A stretch of 64,000 bases of DNA from positions 1 to 64,000 of the forward strand of contig JAAILG010000467.1 of assembly GCA_012026655.1 (NCBI GenBank), read 5' to 3'. Made by a program: the position numbers and the translations under genes. Position 1 is the stretch's first letter, and the number at the start of each line of letters is the position of its first letter. This DNA comes from Hydrolagus affinis (taxonomy: Eukaryota). Of the stretch, positions 61,461 to 64,000 are shown piece after piece. A model generated the notes under the pieces. It did not search any database. It saw only the letters and a program-made list of their open reading frames with translations, and was not told the origin of the DNA.

Positions 61461-63644
61461 AGTCTTGTCATTTTGTCATTGGTTTTCCTGATTAAGCACA
61501 TGACTCCCTTCCAAAATTGAGCTCTTTATCAACCAATATGCTTTATCTGGACCCAACCAAAAATGGTGTTCCTCCTCCATTCATCTAGTCATTTTTGAAT
61601 ATCACTCAGAGCTGCAATTCCAACCCAAGAGAATTTTTCAACTAAAATGTATTTTGCTTTATTGCATATTTTTCACGCTAAGTTCAGTTTTTGCATTATC
61701 CTCTTTCTCTTCTCAGCATTTATTTTTAATTCCACATTCAAAATTGTCTGGTTTACCTTCTCACACATTTCCTATAATATCTTTGTCTCACCATACTTTC
61801 ATTGTTCATCATTTTTCTCATTGAAAACGGCCTCTAATTTATTCAGGCTGACTCTCATAATATATTCCACACAATGGGTTAAAAAGATTTGATGATTTAA
61901 TGTATCCTTGTCTTATTTTTCTTTTGATCTTTGTCCATTTTGTTTTCTCATTATTAAGTCTTGCTGCTGCTTTTGTTTCTAGTAAAGCCTCCTAATACAT
62001 CACATGTCATTTCCCATCAATTCTAACATATTGCAGGATATCTATTAATCTTTTGTGCTTCACCCTGTCAAGCATGTTGTTATGATCTGTAAAAAAAAAA
62101 ATGGAGATACCCTTCTCTCTTCAATCCTCTTGCCCGCTCAGATCATTCTCAAATCAAATATTTTTCACGTCTTCATTTCCATTTCCCACTTATGATACCA
62201 AACCATTTGTTACTTACTTCACAATCCAGCTTTCTTTTTATTCTTTCCAGTATGATTTCTAGCAGCACGTTCTCAGCATGGCTCATGAGCCTGATTGTTC
62301 CATGTTCTCCACATTCTGTGGGATGACTATAAATTATGGCAAGAAAATCAAGACGTTAAATAAAGTTGCACACACCAGATGTTTGCACGCATCAAAGATG
62401 CACACAAGTGGATCTTTCTGCATAGTGACATTTTACAAGGCATTGAGGGTGTTCACCGAATTCTTGAATAATAATTTCTAACAGCGGAATAATTTAGCAA
62501 CCGCGACAAAGCACACCGTGTTTGTACATTCAAAAGGTCTGGTACCACTGCTATTTATATTGCTATTGAAATCAAACAGTTTTGCTTTTAGGAATCAAAC
62601 ATAGCATTTTCCTTAACTTTAGAATGGTGAGATCCAGAGCACATTGTATATGACAGAACCCTGGTGTCTTGTAAATCTATGGTACACAATTATTCTCTGA
62701 GTATCACCATTTTAATCCTCATGGAAGATGGATATTTGGTCAACAGGATATGTAATTAAATGAAAAAATCTGAAAATGTCATTTTTATTAGATAACTGTC
62801 CAATTTCAAGAATGCCTACAATAATATTCAGAATTTTAATTTTAAAATTAAAGGGAATGATATCTCTTAAACGATGCTCCTGACTTGAAAGTTCAACATG
62901 CATTCTATGTGCAGTTCTGTGTAACCAGTGTTTGACCATATGTGGAATCGGATTTCTCATAAACAGATCAGAATAATGCTGCCAGCTGGTTTCTCTGCCA
63001 AGATATACAATGCAACATTAAATGACTACAGATGTGTACTAGAAACAGATAACTAACTACTGCATTCAACCAACGATGTCTTCCATGGATATGTTAATTT
63101 CCACATAGATGAATTTAACACTGCATGAGCAGATTCTATCATTAATTTTACTTTTAGTTGTAGGATTTTTTAAATATTACACAGAAGAAACAAATATACA
63201 GTATTCCAAAACAGTTAAATATGGAGTAAATGTTTGCCAAATTAAGTTTTCTATTCCATAGACGATTCCATCAAAACATGTTGCATATTTCAGAGCCACC
63301 AGAGTAGCTATAAAAAATAAGGCACCCAATAAAATTGTGAAATAATGTTATTACTATAGGGTAATTTTAGCTAAAGTACAAGACCTCTGGGCCTTTTGCT
63401 TCCACAGCTAAACATGTATTTTACCACCCTAATGTTGGGAGTTTACAGAAGATCAGAACAGCTCTGCTGTTGTGTGTTTCAATGTTCAGTAAGTTATGAA
63501 TTGGTGTGGATTTTAAGTGCTTTGTACCCTCTATATAGGTTGAAGCTGTACTGCTGTAAAGAGATACAATTTTTGTAATCATAAAGGTTGTGAAGAGTCT
63601 ACAATGGAATTTCTGTTGGCTCAACTAATCCTGACATCATTATG

Positions 63645-63760
63645 TTCGCCCACAAAAAGACACAGTCAACATGTTTTCCAGTATATCCTGTGAAGCACTT
63701 TAGGAACATCCTCATGAGGTGAAAGGTTCTATTCCAAACGTAAGGATAATTATTATTATG
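63645..63760 (+). mobile_element. SINE2-1_CM-like 3' fragment, diverged
   Basis: ttcgcccacaaa..acagtcaa..cagtatatcctgtgaagcactt..aaggataattattatt. Confidence 0.75.
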
Positions 63761-64000
63761 ATACTTTTTCTGAGACAGAATTCTCCAGGTCAGCAGTAGA
63801 AAAACCTTCATCACAAGTAGCTAGTTCTTTTTTTATAATAAAATGTAAGTTCATTAAATGGTCATCATAGATAAAGAAATTAAAACCGTGGTTAATTTTC
63901 CTTTGCCTCTTTTAAAACTTGGTTTTGTTTTCAAGGCTCCAGGATAGAATTTAAGACTTCATGCATTTCAGAGGACAACAAAACAACAGGAGTAAGACTC

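Noticed and set aside
1-64000. Prokaryotic-type systems (CRISPR, operons, defence islands) or a viral insert
   Set aside because: No long ORFs, gene-dense segments or regularly spaced repeat-spacer arrays; the content is vertebrate non-coding DNA.

Overview
AT-rich, non-coding vertebrate genomic DNA. The repeat content points to a cartilaginous fish, most likely a chimaera such as Callorhinchus. This assignment is by recall of repeat families, not by search. No intact protein-coding gene, rRNA, true tRNA gene or CRISPR array is recognisable. The ORF track is short chance ORFs plus decayed transposon frames. Recognisable content: about 13 copies of a tRNA-headed SINE with a (TAA)n/(TTA)n tail (SINE2-1_CM-like); many L2 LINE 3' fragments; several CR1 fragments; five copies of an ancient MER131-like SINE; a Harbinger transposase fossil; and four copies of a fold-back Penelope-like terminal repeat. 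One fold-back copy keeps a complete minimal hammerhead-ribozyme core (2065-2101). A transposon-free, CpG-retaining domain (about 12.55-22.2 kb) dense in homeodomain/POU/PBX-HOX motifs, further CNE-like blocks, and a series of RFX X-boxes suggest the regulatory landscape of a developmental gene. Retroelement strand bias and + strand splice signals suggest the window may lie in a + strand intron or lncRNA. I found no wholly new system that I can demonstrate. The hammerhead-bearing fold-back element is the best lead. Repeat boundaries are approximate, read by eye.
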